From a virus (Duplodnaviria; Caudoviricetes), in the IMG/VR virus record IMGVR_UViG_3300033067_000535, positions 1 to 28,908 of that record: a DNA stretch of 28,908 nucleotides. One strand, written 5' to 3'. The notes beneath the pieces were generated by a model. The model had not been told where the DNA came from. It saw only the letters and a program-made list of their open reading frames with translations, and did not search any database. Made by a program: the position numbers and the translations under genes. Positions 28,001 through 28,908 of this stretch are shown one piece after another; position 1 is the first letter of the stretch, and each line of letters begins with the position of its first letter.

Positions 28001-28402
28001 GGTGTATATTCAGGTAATTTCACATTCCCTAATATTGGAACACCAGAATATGTGTATATGGTTTGGGATTTCAGAACAACCGTAACAACCCCGCCACCAA
28101 GGCCGTTGAATACGTATAGTATTTCATATACTAATAATATACCAAAACAACCAATTAAATTATTAATTGGAAATAATGGCGGTAGCCCAAGTAATGTAAT
28201 ATATGACGGGTTATATAGTACAGACCCATTGACGGGTACAAGTACATATCTACCAGCTGTTAACGCCTTGGTTGTTTTGGCAATAGAAAGTGCAATTATT
28301 AAGAGTGCTACATGTAATAATGTTACAGTAACACCAAATGCACATTACGCATCATTTTATAATGTAAATGGGCCACTAGTGATTTCATTTATAACCGAAT
28401 AA
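25001..28402 (+). CDS. Baseplate wedge/tail protein, T4 gp7 / P2 gpI-like, with a Cys-rich domain and beta-rich C-terminal domains
   Basis: PDIYLKNIARVLGWD...ELWRRIILN..WIWKSKGTRKAIEFLFKFIG at ~26219-26463 resembles the gp7/gpI core motif. Sixteen Cys lie within 26924-27601. Confidence 0.65.
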   Translation: MANDRIKVAGYAQKTQYNGGVEYRNFSPDLVGLQLTSDGGTPLFTMGNFSVTTNFEPKKTKKFITNNFSNFISLTDLDLTLEDSISLLSNNAGVFLNLDKTNLTNYTLFGSLTEFMRVSLEEIITNWPAALYVNPIYAIEPYYITQTGATIENYSYDSITNTSIFRVNTNLITNKYEINYLANGNTNTLNDLRNLQQYYEQYSILYNGGEYDVIGFTGSTEISNDYLYFTVNGNVFSGLTANDYPTFYVKPNSTKVNTFFNELSDFEAYLLNRQVYPLYTATFNYAIKTDNGGLLYTSEKVTWPTTDGYNIDFDTDEYSIYAGKLLNMATNFDLTTSNLVVRFLVTESITDFDTTSVHLDPLDQDATDQKVNKTLTIYGREFDNINSFITGIKFANVVSYDKSNNTPDIYLKNIARVLGWDLISSVLENNLLKSYLEPKESTFSGQTVGLTPIEADIELWRRIILNTPWIWKSKGTRKAIEFLFKFIGTPLGLISFNEYIYLAENKIDVDIFKQILELNGRPTELSSYPISISGYPQPFVNTPNVYFQSKGLWYRETGGESATIDITSGNNPHVGPYDGGYTYINQFKTLIPDFSAVTISSETTTTNTSNLFSNYNSGTMTGYSGRTYVDITNKSGVDFSDCYIVTSKIIEDPKHRKEETDCGCQGPNTLNSLSVCVEKRGVKINDCNSEIADVSIVEPENYYVFNYYQYNIDGTIYSINGVPVYYSSMFVDKACCNFRGAIPYYYNQVDTNTRLINSGYICCYATNTCGCLVTCKWNLSKSRWVEIPIGGNKYLNFVDELGERRVVSKDGCNCIKDYTIPVSVIDPYTNETGFGCQLTNLGWTDINLQDSVIVRTYNERVAGTIGCSDISIETKPKIKTFAVILNDRGMIGHRTNNLMYRDLTTTTILGNFANTNIPLSGSPVGYLTGFDYNQNVTPNANDTVRMEIMSGFELPSDIKFDPALGHRMWYLESNFEYTNETFASKIPYMTQISPITLDNNGVYSGNFTFPNIGTPEYVYMVWDFRTTVTTPPPRPLNTYSISYTNNIPKQPIKLLIGNNGGSPSNVIYDGLYSTDPLTGTSTYLPAVNALVVLAIESAIIKSATCNNVTVTPNAHYASFYNVNGPLVISFITE

Positions 28403-28417
28403 AAAAAAAATAAAAAA

Positions 28418-28908
28418 ATGAGACCAAACACGTGTTTGACAGAAAAAGAAATCTTAAGCCAAAATGGTAGGGTTATTTATAACTCTGATGGGACAATTTC
28501 TGTCTACACTGTAAGCCCAATTACCGGACAGTTAACACCATCACATTTAACCAAGCCTTGTTGTGAAGCACTTGGAATTGCTGGTTCATATTTTGATACA
28601 ACAACACAAAAATGTAGGTGGTCAAAAGAGGCTTCTTGTAAAGATGAATCCGTTTTCAATTTGGTTTTAAACCCAAGAGGTAATGACGGTGCAATATTTT
28701 CGCCTGAAACAAATGAAACATGTACATTAACAGTTGATTTCGATTATTTATTTAAGTTTAGTTGTACAACGCTTACGGATTTGGTTAATCAGCAAATTAC
28801 GGGTAGTTGTAAAACTGTTTTAGACGTATTCGAGTCTGTTGGGGCATCAATGATATTAAATATTGTTGACACGACAAATACTAATAATACTTTGGTAAAC
28901 GTATATGA
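28418..28908 (+). CDS. 3'-truncated Cys-rich structural protein (absent from the ORF track)
   Basis: ATG at 28418 after a poly-A leader. The frame is open to the window end: MRPNTCLTEKEILSQNGRVIYNSDGTISVY...KPCCEALG...KCRWSKEASCK... Confidence 0.8.
   Translation, partial: MRPNTCLTEKEILSQNGRVIYNSDGTISVYTVSPITGQLTPSHLTKPCCEALGIAGSYFDTTTQKCRWSKEASCKDESVFNLVLNPRGNDGAIFSPETNETCTLTVDFDYLFKFSCTTLTDLVNQQITGSCKTVLDVFESVGASMILNIVDTTNTNNTLVNVY

Noticed and set aside
1-28908. Stop-codon reassignment as seen in some large phages
   Set aside because: Genes are intact and tightly packed in the standard code. TAG (5747) and TGA (10259, 24053) act as plausible stops, and no gene is fragmented.
14286-28908. 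Bacterial T6SS, eCIS or tailocin locus
   Set aside because: The baseplate genes are contiguous with phage-type gp32, UvsX, exonuclease and helicase genes, and no cellular housekeeping context is present.

Overview
AT-rich, densely coding segment of a large tailed (myovirus-like, contractile-tail) bacteriophage. All credible genes are on the + strand and read in the standard genetic code. Left to right: (1) a 5'-truncated large tail/baseplate-hub protein ending in an amidase_2 domain and a phage tail lysozyme domain; (2) four hypothetical genes; (3) a terminator-bounded DNA metabolism block: T4 gp32-like SSB, RecA/UvsX, FEN/RNase H-type 5' exonuclease, a hypothetical, a DnaB/gp41 helicase and a monomeric B12-dependent class II ribonucleotide reductase; (4) a baseplate operon: gp25-like, gp6/J-like, a small membrane protein, a large protein with a transmembrane segment and SprB-like repeats, four hypotheticals, a gp7/P2-I-like wedge protein with a Cys-rich domain, and a 3'-truncated Cys-rich ORF missing from the ORF track. 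TTG-N20-TAnnTTTG promoters, A-rich Shine-Dalgarno-less start regions, an SSB tail ending DDLPF and SprB-like repeats suggest a Bacteroidota host (inference). The most unusual items are a 64-aa protein resembling the class II RNR redox tail, membrane-anchor-like and Cys-rich proteins inside the baseplate operon, and a repeat-rich leader on the SSB gene. All functional calls come from motif recognition by eye; no database searches were run.
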